Assembly: GCA_027858865.1 (NCBI GenBank)
Contig: JAQIBW010000333.1
Coordinates: 1 to 36,147 of the forward strand
DNA: 36,147 bases
Direction of reading: 5' to 3'
DNA from: Sulfurimonas sp.
Lineage (GTDB): Bacteria; Campylobacterota; Campylobacteria; Campylobacterales; Sulfurimonadaceae
In this document: piece by piece, positions 9,215 through 18,524 of the stretch
Layout of the letters: each line of letters starts with the position of its first letter
Numbering within the stretch: position 1 is the first letter of the stretch
Translations under genes and position numbers: made by a program
The notes under the pieces: generated by a model
The model's database searches: none
What the model was told of the DNA's origin: nothing
The model's input: only the letters and a program-made list of their open reading frames with translations

Positions 9215-10306
9215 ATGAGAGCATTTGTAAATGAGTATGAATCTAACTCATGTGTAGGTAATACTAAAGAGTTGATGGAATCAATATATAAACAACAGAC
9301 TGGAATAACAATAGATACTACTTATATTCCAGATATTCCTGTTGGACTTGGAAAAATGAAATATAATAATTTCTTTGAAAGTCTCAATTCTGTCGTTGCA
9401 ACTGTTCTAGATAAATCAAATTTAGAAAATTTTAATGATACGCTACTCATTGTTGGATCTTCTGTAGGTGGAATGCAAGAGAGTGAACAGCACTACTTTA
9501 AAGATAAAAATTATAAAAATATAGATACTTCTCGTCATGCTATTAGTGTTATCTCAGACTCTTTAGAAAAAGAGTTTAACTTCTGTGATAGTCGTTCGAT
9601 TTCAACTGCATGTACATCAAGTGCAAATGCTCTATTGTTGGCAAAAAGACTTATAAATATCGGTGCTTATAAAAACATCTTAGTTGTAGGTGCTGATGCT
9701 CTGTGTTATACAACTGTATGTGGTTTTTATGCGCTAAGCGTACTATCTTCAAATGTATGTACTCCTTTTAATAAAAATAGAGAAGGTATGAATGTAGCCG
9801 AAGCAGTAGGAGCACTTTTAGTCCAAGATGTACAAACATGTGACTCTATTGAACTTGTTGGTGTTGGTGCTAGTAGCGATGCTTATCATATGACAAATCC
9901 AGATCCAGAAGCAAATGGGGCTATAGCATCAATGAGTAAAGCTTTAAAAGATGCTAACTTAGATGCAAAAGACATAGACTATGTAAACGCACATGGTACT
10001 GGAACAATGGCAAATGATACAGTAGAGGGTTTAGGTATTGAAAAACTCTTTAATGATGTTTATGTAAGCTCTACAAAGGCAATAACAGGACATACATTAG
10101 GGGCTGCAGCTGCTCTTGAGGCTATTATCTCTTGTGAGGTTATTAAGCAGGGGATTATTCCATCACAGACAAATTTAACAGATGCTCAAAACAAAAATAT
10201 AAATATTCCAAATGAAAATATTAAACAAGATGTAAAGTATGTTATCAGTAACTCATTTGCATTTGGTGGAAATAACACATCACTTATCTTTGGAGGATTA
10301 AACTAA
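9215..10306 (+). CDS. Beta-ketoacyl-ACP synthase (type II KS, ApeO-like elongation KS)
   Basis: Cys-His-His triad: TACTSS, NAHGTGT, GHTLG; C-terminal SNSFAFGGNN. Start moved from 9191 to 9215 because of the SD. Confidence 0.9.
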   Translation: MRAFVNEYESNSCVGNTKELMESIYKQQTGITIDTTYIPDIPVGLGKMKYNNFFESLNSVVATVLDKSNLENFNDTLLIVGSSVGGMQESEQHYFKDKNYKNIDTSRHAISVISDSLEKEFNFCDSRSISTACTSSANALLLAKRLINIGAYKNILVVGADALCYTTVCGFYALSVLSSNVCTPFNKNREGMNVAEAVGALLVQDVQTCDSIELVGVGASSDAYHMTNPDPEANGAIASMSKALKDANLDAKDIDYVNAHGTGTMANDTVEGLGIEKLFNDVYVSSTKAITGHTLGAAAALEAIISCEVIKQGIIPSQTNLTDAQNKNINIPNENIKQDVKYVISNSFAFGGNNTSLIFGGLN

Positions 10307-10956
10307 TGTCAAAAAAAGTAGCAGTTACTATAATCAGTGCTTCAAAAATATATGCACCTCAAAAAATAGAAGACTTAGAAGAGAAACGCATAGTTCCAAA
10401 GATGATAATAAGACGACGTTTAACTAGAAATGCAAAGATTATGCTCTACCTAGCAGATAAGTGTTCATTTACTGGTGGTAAAATTGTGTATGCTTCTGCG
10501 TTTGGCGAACTACAATCTACTGTTGGCATCACCGATTCCATCGTAAATCAAACGCAGATAAGCCCTACTCTTTTTCAAAATAGTGTTTATAACTCTGCAC
10601 CATCTTACTTCTCACTTTTAAATGAAGATAAGGATGAGATTATTACTATCTCATCAGGTATGAAAAGCTCCCTTGATGCTTTAAAAACTGCTGCATTACA
10701 AGCATTTATCTCAAATGAAAAAGTTTTATGTGTAGCTACTGAGTGTTTAGACATAAAAAATATACAAGAGGTAAACAACTGTACAACTTATCTTGAATCT
10801 GGAGCAGGTGTAGTCCTTGAAATAGCTCAAGATGAGAGTGGTGCTGTTGAGATAGATGAGTCAAACGAAGAGGGATTAATTGACTCTTTATCTGACTTAG
10901 TAAGAGTAGTGAAAATGAGTGAAAATGGTATAAAAAAGATCTTTATTAACTTATAG
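10306..10956 (+). CDS. Ketosynthase chain-length factor (ApeC-like, non-catalytic)
   Basis: IRRRLTR, VYASAFGE and ISPTLFQNSVYN motifs typical of APE chain-length factors; no catalytic triad; coupled to the KS by a TAATG overlap. Confidence 0.85.
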   Translation: MSKKVAVTIISASKIYAPQKIEDLEEKRIVPKMIIRRRLTRNAKIMLYLADKCSFTGGKIVYASAFGELQSTVGITDSIVNQTQISPTLFQNSVYNSAPSYFSLLNEDKDEIITISSGMKSSLDALKTAALQAFISNEKVLCVATECLDIKNIQEVNNCTTYLESGAGVVLEIAQDESGAVEIDESNEEGLIDSLSDLVRVVKMSENGIKKIFINL

Positions 10957-10965
10957 ATTTAAGAT

Positions 10966-10992
10966 TTTGTGGGGCTTATAAAGCCTCACAAA
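10966..10992. terminator. Hairpin between convergent genes; possible bidirectional terminator
   Basis: tttgtggggctt-ata-aagcctcacaaa forms a 12-bp stem with one G-U pair on +; it overlaps the methyltransferase stop and lacks a clear U-tract. Confidence 0.4.
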
Positions 10993-12040
10993 CCATTAGT
11001 GTATGTCCAAATCCTAAACCGTTAATTTCTTCAACAACTTTAAGTCCAGCTTCCTCAGCAAATTTTTTAAATTCACTTGCTCTATACATTTTACTCGTAC
11101 CATTTGCCATTGTACTAAAGTAAGGAGACGTATTTATAAGACAGTATGCACCTATCTCATGGCTCTGTCTATCCCAAAATGGCTCAACAATATAAACCTT
11201 TCCATCATCTTTAAGTGCAGTTTTTGCACGTTTAAGAAGGTTGACAATATCTGATGGAGGAAAACAGTCTAAGAACTGACTCATCCAAACACCATCTACC
11301 TCAGATGGGAATGGTTTTGAGTGATCTAGTAGGTCCAGAGGGTAGCCTTTAACTCTATCTTTAACTCCGGCTTCTTCTGCGTTTACATATGCAACATCTA
11401 TTTGAGCTTTGTGATCTAAAATAGTTACTGTTGTATCTGGAGAAGCACTTGTAAGTGCAATAGACCATTTTCCAGTATTTCCCCCAACATCAAGAAGGTT
11501 TTTAATCCCACGTTTACTAATAATCTCAACTAAAGACTTAAACGCAGCATCAGAGTAGAAGTGATCAAAACCAAACCAACTATCTTGAGCTTTTTGTGGT
11601 AGCTTTGTTAAGATAGGATATATAGTCTCTTCTGTTTTTGAAAATATATGATGTAAGCCTGCAGGTTTCCCTTCTTTAAGAGCTTCATCAAGGTAAAAAA
11701 GTCCCTCATAATTTACATCATGGTTATAGCTAAGGTTTGCTTTTGTCATCTCGTCATTTTCTAAAAAATATCCTATTCTTGTGATAGTATATTTTTCATC
11801 TTCAAAATTGAGTGCTCCCATACTAAACCCAGACTCACACAAAACTTGTGCAGCATAGACTGTAATATCACATTCTTTTGATATTTCCTCAATACTTAAA
11901 GGCTTTTTTTTTGTTTGAAGTAAGTTAAAAATTCCCCAATCACGAAGTAGTCTAGCACACTGAAATACTACAGGTGCAAAGGCTATTTTTTGGGCTTCAA
12001 GGAGGGCTTGCTCCCCCGAGATTTCTTTTGTATTGAACAT
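10976..12040 (-). CDS. SAM-dependent methyltransferase with an O-methyltransferase-type fold (ApeB-like)
   Basis: N-terminal dimerisation/HTH region, LLDVGGNTG SAM motif, WMSQFLDCF; AQKIAFAPVVFQ N-terminus resembles APE-cluster methyltransferases. Confidence 0.85.
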   Translation of the reverse strand: MFNTKEISGEQALLEAQKIAFAPVVFQCARLLRDWGIFNLLQTKKKPLSIEEISKECDITVYAAQVLCESGFSMGALNFEDEKYTITRIGYFLENDEMTKANLSYNHDVNYEGLFYLDEALKEGKPAGLHHIFSKTEETIYPILTKLPQKAQDSWFGFDHFYSDAAFKSLVEIISKRGIKNLLDVGGNTGKWSIALTSASPDTTVTILDHKAQIDVAYVNAEEAGVKDRVKGYPLDLLDHSKPFPSEVDGVWMSQFLDCFPPSDIVNLLKRAKTALKDDGKVYIVEPFWDRQSHEIGAYCLINTSPYFSTMANGTSKMYRASEFKKFAEEAGLKVVEEINGLGFGHTLMVCEAL

Positions 12041-12055
12041 TGTAATCCTTGGCGA

Positions 12056-12637
12056 TTATTTAGTTGTTGACTCGTCTGAAATAACTTTACCTTTGTTAAA
12101 TGAAACAACAAATGTAGTCCATCTGTTTTTCCAATATACCCATGTATCCGTTTTTAAGTCCGGTGTACGATGTTGTGGTGGTGTACCAAGAGATAATAAA
12201 ACAGCACTTTTACTCATACCTTTAACTAAACCAGCAGATTCAATAGCTTTTTGTTCTGCCTTAGAAAATTGTGAAAGATTTACTTTTTTTGTTGAGAAGT
12301 ATTTTGATGCAACATCAGAAATACCCATTCCTGAGTACTTTGCAATATTTCTCAAAGTGATTTTTTGACCTTCATATAAAAATGTAAGCTGTTTTGCATT
12401 TACATCTTGCATCGTAACTAAAGAGTTTACTGGAATCAAAGTACCGATTTGGTAGTTTGTTGTATCAATAATTTTACTAGATCTAGATACATTGTAATGC
12501 ATATTAGATTGTGTATACATTTTTGATTTATCTTGAAAAGTTTTTGTAACCTCTGGAGTTAGTTTCGCTGCTCCACATCCACTCATTAAAAAACTTAAAC
12601 CTATTGTAGCCATTAACATACTTAAATGTTTTATCAT
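12056..12637 (-). CDS. Lipoprotein with C-terminal SmpA/OmlA-like domain (APE-cluster lipoprotein, ApeA-like)
   Basis: Lipobox FLMSG-C; GMSKSAVLLSLGTPP...WVYW...VSFNKGKV; lies directly upstream of the methyltransferase. Confidence 0.7.
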   Translation of the reverse strand: MIKHLSMLMATIGLSFLMSGCGAAKLTPEVTKTFQDKSKMYTQSNMHYNVSRSSKIIDTTNYQIGTLIPVNSLVTMQDVNAKQLTFLYEGQKITLRNIAKYSGMGISDVASKYFSTKKVNLSQFSKAEQKAIESAGLVKGMSKSAVLLSLGTPPQHRTPDLKTDTWVYWKNRWTTFVVSFNKGKVISDESTTK

Positions 12638-12773
12638 CGTTTATCCTTATGAATTATATGCATGAATTATATCATAATAGAATATTAATAGTGAGTTAAA
12701 AGATTTAATTTAACTACTTAAAAGTATTATAAAAGTATAATAAGAACAAAATTTATAAAGTAAAAAGATAAAA
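12638..12773. promoter_or_regulatory. Divergent promoter region of the cluster
   Basis: Minus strand has an extended -10 TGaTATAAT (12674-12666) and SD AAGGA. Plus strand has TATAAT at 12736-12741. ATGAATTATAT is repeated at 12649-12659 and 12662-12672. Confidence 0.6.
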
Positions 12774-13685
12774 ATGAAAAAAGTATTAGTTGTTTATTAT
12801 TCACAGACAGGGCAACTGGAGAGTGTTTTAAAAAGTTTCACCTCAAAACTAGGTGATGAAGAGATAAAAGTTGATATGCGCCCTATACAACTTAAAGTGA
12901 AATATCCGTTTCCATGGCCATTTTATACATTTTTTGATGAATTTCCAGAAGCTGTTCAGATGGACGGTTGTGAGATAGAAGAGCTTAAAGAGCTAGAAGA
13001 AGATTATGCTTTAATCATTTTAGGATATACAGTTTGGTATATGTCCCCTTCAATTCCTATAACTGCTTTTATGCAATCACAACAAGCAAAGAAAATATTT
13101 AAAAATAAACCTGTGGTAACTGTTGTAGCTTGTCGTGACATGTGGGTACTAGCACAAGAAAAAGTGAAAGTTCTACTTAATAGTCTTGATTCAAGAGTCA
13201 TAGATCATGTAGCTCTTACAGATCAGAGTGGTTCAGTTTTAAGTCTTGTAACTTTACCTATGTGGATGTTAACAGGAAATAAAAAGTTTTTCAGTGCATT
13301 ACCACAGGCTGGTATTACTCAAGAAAATATTGATAACTGTACAAGATTTGGTGAACGCCTAAATAGTTCTCTTAAGCAAGATAAAGAGAAAGAATCAGGG
13401 GCAATGTTGAAAAACTTAGCTGCAGTAAGTGTAAATGCAAAACTTATAGCAACTGAAAAAATTGCTAATAGAAGTTTTTTAGTCTGGACACAACTTATTA
13501 AGTGGTCTGGTAAAAAATATTCATTTGGTAGAAAAGTAACTATAACAATCTATTTTGTGTTTTTGGTACTTTTATTATTGACTGTTGTTCCATTAAATAT
13601 TTTGGCACGAAAAATTTTAAATATTTTTCAAAAAGAAAAGTTACAAGCTATGGAAGAGAAATATGAACTTCCAAGTGGTAAATAA
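12774..13685 (+). CDS. darA: Dialkylresorcinol condensing/aromatase enzyme DarA
   Basis: KKVLVVYYSQTGQL, YPFPWPF..FFDEFPE, GYTVWYMSPSIP and ACRDMW motifs; directly upstream of darB. Confidence 0.9.
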   Translation: MKKVLVVYYSQTGQLESVLKSFTSKLGDEEIKVDMRPIQLKVKYPFPWPFYTFFDEFPEAVQMDGCEIEELKELEEDYALIILGYTVWYMSPSIPITAFMQSQQAKKIFKNKPVVTVVACRDMWVLAQEKVKVLLNSLDSRVIDHVALTDQSGSVLSLVTLPMWMLTGNKKFFSALPQAGITQENIDNCTRFGERLNSSLKQDKEKESGAMLKNLAAVSVNAKLIATEKIANRSFLVWTQLIKWSGKKYSFGRKVTITIYFVFLVLLLLTVVPLNILARKILNIFQKEKLQAMEEKYELPSGK

Positions 13686-13697
13686 AGCGGAGATAAT

Positions 13698-14843
13698 ATG
13701 AGAAATGTATATATAAACAAAATAGCAGCTTTTTTACCAAATGAAGCAGTTGACAATACAAACATTGAAAAAGTCTTAGGACAGGTTGGTGAAAGACCTT
13801 CTCGTGCAAAAAGAATTATCCTACGTTCAAATAAGATAGAAACTAGATACTATGCAATAGATCCCAAAACACATCAAATTACACATACAAATGCAGAGCT
13901 AACTGCAAATGCAATTAAAAAACTTGAAGCTGATGGTCTTGACCTAAATAGTGTTGATTTACTCTCTTGTGGAACAAGCATGCCTGATCAACTTATGCCA
14001 AACCATGCAAGTATGGTACATGGTGAGTTAGCTTGTGACCCTCTAGAAGTTGTCTCTACAGCTGGAATCTGTCTGAGTGGAGTAACTGCTTTAAAGTACG
14101 CATTCACAGCAGTAAAATCTGGTGAAGCAGAGATTGCAGTTGCTACTGGTAGTGAAAATGCATCGGCAATTATGAGAGCAGAAAACTTTGCTCCTGAGAT
14201 TGAGGCTAAAGTAGACAACCTTGAGAAGCATCAAGAAATAGCGTTTGAAAAAGATTTCTTAAGATGGATGCTAAGTGATGGAGCAGGTGCTATTGCTTTG
14301 AGTGCAAAGCCAAATACAGACTCTCTCTCTCTTAAAATAGACAAAATTTTTTCAACTTCATATGCGAATATTTTAGATACTTGTATGTATGCTGGAAGCG
14401 AAAAACAAGAAGATGGCTCTCTAAGAGGCTGGAGAACTTACTCTCCACAAGAGTGGTTGAGTAAGTCCATTTTTGCTGTAAAACAAGATGTAAAACTTCT
14501 TAACGAAAATGTAATGGAATACACCGTTGCGCAAGCACTTATTACGATGCTTGGGAAAAATATGTTTGACCCTAAAGAGATAGACTGGTTCTTACCTCAC
14601 TACTCATCTGTTTTTTTTAGAGATATAGTTTATGAAAAAATGCTAAAAGCAGGTTGTGATATTCCTCAAGATAAATGGTTCACAAACCTTTCATATAAAG
14701 GTAACACAGGTTCTGCATCTATCTATATCATGATTGAAGAATTGCTCAATAATGGAAAAGTTAAAAAAGGGGAAAAGGTTCTCTGTTATATTCCAGAAAG
14801 TGGTAGATTTTCTACTGCATTTATGCTTTTAGAGGCTGTTTAG
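13698..14843 (+). CDS. darB: StlD/DarB-family KS III (dialkylcyclohexanedione synthase)
   Basis: PNHASMVHGEL, AGICLSG (Cys), FEKDFLRWMLSDGAGA, FLPHYSS (His), GNTGSAS (Asn), PESGRFS. Confidence 0.93.
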   Translation: MRNVYINKIAAFLPNEAVDNTNIEKVLGQVGERPSRAKRIILRSNKIETRYYAIDPKTHQITHTNAELTANAIKKLEADGLDLNSVDLLSCGTSMPDQLMPNHASMVHGELACDPLEVVSTAGICLSGVTALKYAFTAVKSGEAEIAVATGSENASAIMRAENFAPEIEAKVDNLEKHQEIAFEKDFLRWMLSDGAGAIALSAKPNTDSLSLKIDKIFSTSYANILDTCMYAGSEKQEDGSLRGWRTYSPQEWLSKSIFAVKQDVKLLNENVMEYTVAQALITMLGKNMFDPKEIDWFLPHYSSVFFRDIVYEKMLKAGCDIPQDKWFTNLSYKGNTGSASIYIMIEELLNNGKVKKGEKVLCYIPESGRFSTAFMLLEAV

Positions 14844-14844
14844 T

Positions 14845-15261
14845 ATGGATATTAATAGCGTTCCTCAAGATGATAGTTCAACATATGCAAAGAACAAAAA
14901 AGCGATATACGCGAAAGATGAAGATGGCAGCGTAAAGGTTGTCGGGTCTAGCGGTTGGAACGTAGAAGAGACAGTTACAAAACAAGCCTTAGAAAATCTG
15001 CTTGAACATGAAGCCGAAGCATACTGTGAAGTTAAAAAAGGACTCAAATCACCTCTGTACTACTATATGTATTCAATTAGAATGGATTTACAGGTTTTAT
15101 CTGAATCCACAGGTTTTTTTAAATGGACTATAAACAGAGACTTTAAACCTGAAGTCTTTGCTAAAATAAATGAAAAACGTTTAGCTGTTTATGCTGAAGC
15201 CATGGGTATAACAAGTGAAAACTTAAAAGTACTGCAAGAGAGTAATTATGAGTGTACCTGA
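14845..15261 (+). CDS. Conserved dar-cluster hypothetical protein with an HTH-like C-terminus
   Basis: VPQD..., YAKDEDG, SSGW.VE, SPLYYYM, MDLQVLSESTG; position between darB and the BtrH-like gene. Confidence 0.7.
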   Translation: MDINSVPQDDSSTYAKNKKAIYAKDEDGSVKVVGSSGWNVEETVTKQALENLLEHEAEAYCEVKKGLKSPLYYYMYSIRMDLQVLSESTGFFKWTINRDFKPEVFAKINEKRLAVYAEAMGITSENLKVLQESNYECT

Positions 15262-16252
15262 GTTTAAACATACCCATTCTGCACATTGTGAGAGTGGTGT
15301 AATGTCATCAATGTTAAGACATTATGGTCTTAACCTTAGTGAACCTATGGTTTTTGGTCTTGCTAGTGCACTCACTTTTGCTTACCTTCCTTTTTTAAAA
15401 ATGGGAGGAATGCCACTTGTTGCATATAGAAGTATGCCAAAGTCAATTATTAAAAATATTCAAAAAAATTTAAATGTAAAGATGAAACTTGAAACATTTT
15501 CAAGTAAGGAAAAAGGCGAAGCTAGGCTTGATGAGTTACTCTCAGAGGGAAAAATAGTTGGTGCTCAATCATCTGTCTATTGGCTTCCTTATTTTCCTGA
15601 GGAGATGCGTTTTCACTTCAATGCACATAACCTTTTAGTCTTTAAAAAAGATGGAGATACATACGATGTAAGTGATCCAGTTTTTGAGTTTACTCAAAAG
15701 TGTGACAAAGCTTCTCTTACAAAAGCAAGATTTGTAAAAGGTGTTATGGCTCCGAAAGGTCTTCTTTACTATCCTACAAGTGTTCCAACAGAGATAGACT
15801 TAAAGCCTGTCATTGTAAAAAGCATCAAAAAAGTTGCAAAATCAATGCTAAATACTCCTGTACCAATCGCTGGGTTAAAGGGAATTAAGTACTTAGCAAA
15901 AGCAATCCGTAAACTAGGTAAAAAAGATAAACGCTATTCAAAACTATTTCTTGGACATATCGTAAGAATGCAAGAAGAAATAGGAACTGGTGGTGCTGGT
16001 TTTAGATACCTTTACGCTTCTTTTTTACAAGAGTCTAGTCTTGCATTTGATAGCGATGCAACACTTGTTGAAGCTTCTGAAATGTTTTTAAAAGTTGGTG
16101 ATGAGTTTAGAGAGTTTGCACTTATAATTGCAAAATCAGTGAAATCTAAAAAAGAGATAGATTATGAAAAAATCGCTAATAAATTAGACTCCATAGCTGA
16201 TGAAGAAAAAAAAGTTTATCAAAAGCTATTAGAATTTTGCGCAAAACATTAA
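15248..16252 (+). CDS. BtrH N-terminal domain / C39-like protein (papain-fold Cys-His)
   Basis: HSAHCESG, LSEPMVFGL, LPYFP..RFHFNAH, SDPV and MQEEIGTGGAGFRYLY motifs. Confidence 0.85.
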   Translation: MSVPEFKHTHSAHCESGVMSSMLRHYGLNLSEPMVFGLASALTFAYLPFLKMGGMPLVAYRSMPKSIIKNIQKNLNVKMKLETFSSKEKGEARLDELLSEGKIVGAQSSVYWLPYFPEEMRFHFNAHNLLVFKKDGDTYDVSDPVFEFTQKCDKASLTKARFVKGVMAPKGLLYYPTSVPTEIDLKPVIVKSIKKVAKSMLNTPVPIAGLKGIKYLAKAIRKLGKKDKRYSKLFLGHIVRMQEEIGTGGAGFRYLYASFLQESSLAFDSDATLVEASEMFLKVGDEFREFALIIAKSVKSKKEIDYEKIANKLDSIADEEKKVYQKLLEFCAKH

Positions 16253-17128
16253 ATGATAAAAATAAAGAACCTCAGTAAATCTTATGGAGAGAAAAAAGCT
16301 CTCGATAACTTGTCACTAGAAATACAAGAGGGATCTATTTTTGGACTACTTGGTGTCAACGGTGCAGGGAAAACAACACTTCTTTCAATCTTAAATGGCA
16401 TCATAACGCAAGATAGTGGCACGATAGAGTTCTTTGGTTTAGATGCAAAAAAAGATATTAAAAAAGTAAAAAGCCTCAGCTCAATCATACCTCAACATCT
16501 TGCATTTTATGAAGAACTTAGCGTAAAAGAAAATTTAGATTTTTTTGCAAAAGTACAAAATGCAAAGCAAGAACATTATGATAAAGCTATAGAAGTAAAC
16601 TCTCTTGAAAAAATCCTTTCACAAAAAGCATCAACTCTCTCAGGTGGACAAAAAAGAAGACTCAACATTGCCATAGGACTTTTAAATAATCCCAAAGTTA
16701 TATATTTTGACGAGCCAACAGTTGGGATAGACCCAAAGAGTAGAAATGAGATTCTTGATTCCATAAAAGAGTATAAAAATTTTGGTATTACAGTTGTGTA
16801 CACCAGTCACTATATGAATGAAATAGAAAAAATTTGTGATGAAGTAGCGATTATAAGCCAAGGAAAACTTATAGAACAAGATAGAGTTGAGAATCTTATT
16901 ACAAATAGAAGTAGTGAGAGTATAAGTATTGAAGTCATCTACTCAGATAACTTAGAATCACTAGGATTAAATGTTATTAACGAAACTACTATACAGACAA
17001 AAGAGTCAGAACTTTTTGCTACTTTAGAGCTTTGTAAAAAACATAATATCTCTATAAAACAGATTAATTATGGTTCTACAAACTTAGAAAAATATTTTTT
17101 AAAGATTACGGGTGATTGTGATGTTTAA
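16253..17128 (+). CDS. ABC transporter ATP-binding protein (ABC-2 exporter type)
   Basis: Walker A GVNGAGKT, signature LSGGQ, Walker B IYFDEPT, H-loop SHYM. Confidence 0.95.
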   Translation: MIKIKNLSKSYGEKKALDNLSLEIQEGSIFGLLGVNGAGKTTLLSILNGIITQDSGTIEFFGLDAKKDIKKVKSLSSIIPQHLAFYEELSVKENLDFFAKVQNAKQEHYDKAIEVNSLEKILSQKASTLSGGQKRRLNIAIGLLNNPKVIYFDEPTVGIDPKSRNEILDSIKEYKNFGITVVYTSHYMNEIEKICDEVAIISQGKLIEQDRVENLITNRSSESISIEVIYSDNLESLGLNVINETTIQTKESELFATLELCKKHNISIKQINYGSTNLEKYFLKITGDCDV

Positions 17129-18257
17129 AGCGATGATAAAAAAAGAGTTTTTACTTGTTTTTAGAGATAGACATGCACTCTTAGCACTCTTTGTAATGCC
17201 TGCAATTTTTATACTGATTATGTCAGTTGCAATGAGGGATCAGTTTACAAGCGACAGCATAGTATTTACTCTTTATGTGCATGATACAGATAAAAGTAAA
17301 ATGAGCAAAGATATTTTGGCAAATATACAAGCAGATAAAAAATTCCATCTCATAAAAGATAAACACTCAGCACAGTTTATAGTGAAAATTCCAAAACGTT
17401 ATGAAAAAAAACCAAACGCTAAAGTAAGAATTGATGTAAGAGACTCTATAAAAAGTGATCAGATAGAAGTATTTAAAGCTATGCTACTTGAACATATTTT
17501 AAATGCAAGACTTGAGAGTATGGCGAGAAATATTGAAGATAAATCTCCCAAGGCAGCAAAGACTCTCTCTAATTTAGAAATCTCAGTTGATTCTATTTAT
17601 AAGGTACGCTACAACAGCTCTATACATATACCAAATTCAACACAGCAGAGCGTTCCTGCATGGATAGTATTTGGTATGTTTTTTATCATCATTCCTATGT
17701 CAACTATTTATGTCAATGAGCGAAAACAAAATACACTTGCTCGTTTAAATTCTATGAATGTTCCTGTCCTTGCTATGAGTATCTCAAAAAGTATTCCTTA
17801 TCTTGTTATAAATCAACTTCAGGTTTTAATAATGCTTGGTGTTGGGATGTATATAGTACCTCTTTTTGACACACCAGCTTTAGTTATCAATGGTTCACTT
17901 CTTGCACTTGGTGCTGTCTCTATTGCATTAAGTATTGCAGCTGTTGGTATCTCTTCTTTGATTGCTGTAAGTGCTAAATCTAGTGAACAAGCAACGACAA
18001 TAGGCGGAATTTTAAACATACTACTTGGAGCGATAGGTGGTGTTATGGTACCTAAGTTTATCATGCCTCCTGTAATGCAGAAATTAGCGGAAATTTCTCC
18101 AATGTCATGGGGACTTGATGGTTTTTTAGATATCTTTTTAAAATCAGCAAACTTTAGTATGGTATTAAATAATGTTCTTATGCTTATTTCATTTGGTATA
18201 ATTTGCTTAATGCTATCTATATTAATATTACGAATTAAAATAAATAAAGGTCTTTAA
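17121..18257 (+). CDS. ABC-2 exporter permease
   Basis: KEFLLVFRD..., QQSVPAWIVFGMFF, GGVMVP...SPMSW; one N-terminal TM plus about five C-terminal TMs. ATG 17121 preferred over GTG 17112. Confidence 0.9.
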   Translation: MFKAMIKKEFLLVFRDRHALLALFVMPAIFILIMSVAMRDQFTSDSIVFTLYVHDTDKSKMSKDILANIQADKKFHLIKDKHSAQFIVKIPKRYEKKPNAKVRIDVRDSIKSDQIEVFKAMLLEHILNARLESMARNIEDKSPKAAKTLSNLEISVDSIYKVRYNSSIHIPNSTQQSVPAWIVFGMFFIIIPMSTIYVNERKQNTLARLNSMNVPVLAMSISKSIPYLVINQLQVLIMLGVGMYIVPLFDTPALVINGSLLALGAVSIALSIAAVGISSLIAVSAKSSEQATTIGGILNILLGAIGGVMVPKFIMPPVMQKLAEISPMSWGLDGFLDIFLKSANFSMVLNNVLMLISFGIICLMLSILILRIKINKGL

Positions 18258-18524
18258 GTGGATATAGAAAAATTAAAATATGAATTAAAAAAAATGATTA
18301 TTGAAGAGTGTGAAAAAGAGGATATTTTGCCTGAAGACATAGCTGATGATGTTGAACTCTTTTCAGATAAAAGTGGTTTAGAATTAGACTCATTAGATGC
18401 CTTACAAATATCAATGGGACTGCAAAATAAGTTTGGTATTAGACTCGGTGACTCTAAGGAATTTAGAAGAGTTGTAACTACTATTGATAATTTAGTAGTT
18501 TACATAAACGAGAATAATGCATAG
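18258..18524 (+). CDS. Acyl carrier protein 1 (DarC-like)
   Basis: Acidic 88 aa protein; GLELDSLDAL phosphopantetheine Ser motif; GTG start. Confidence 0.92.
   Translation: MDIEKLKYELKKMIIEECEKEDILPEDIADDVELFSDKSGLELDSLDALQISMGLQNKFGIRLGDSKEFRRVVTTIDNLVVYINENNA

Noticed and set aside
11904-11912. T9 homopolymer in the methyltransferase gene (and other A/T runs)
   Set aside because: It encodes Lys codons in frame and is expected in AT-rich DNA; no long poly-G/C contingency tracts were seen
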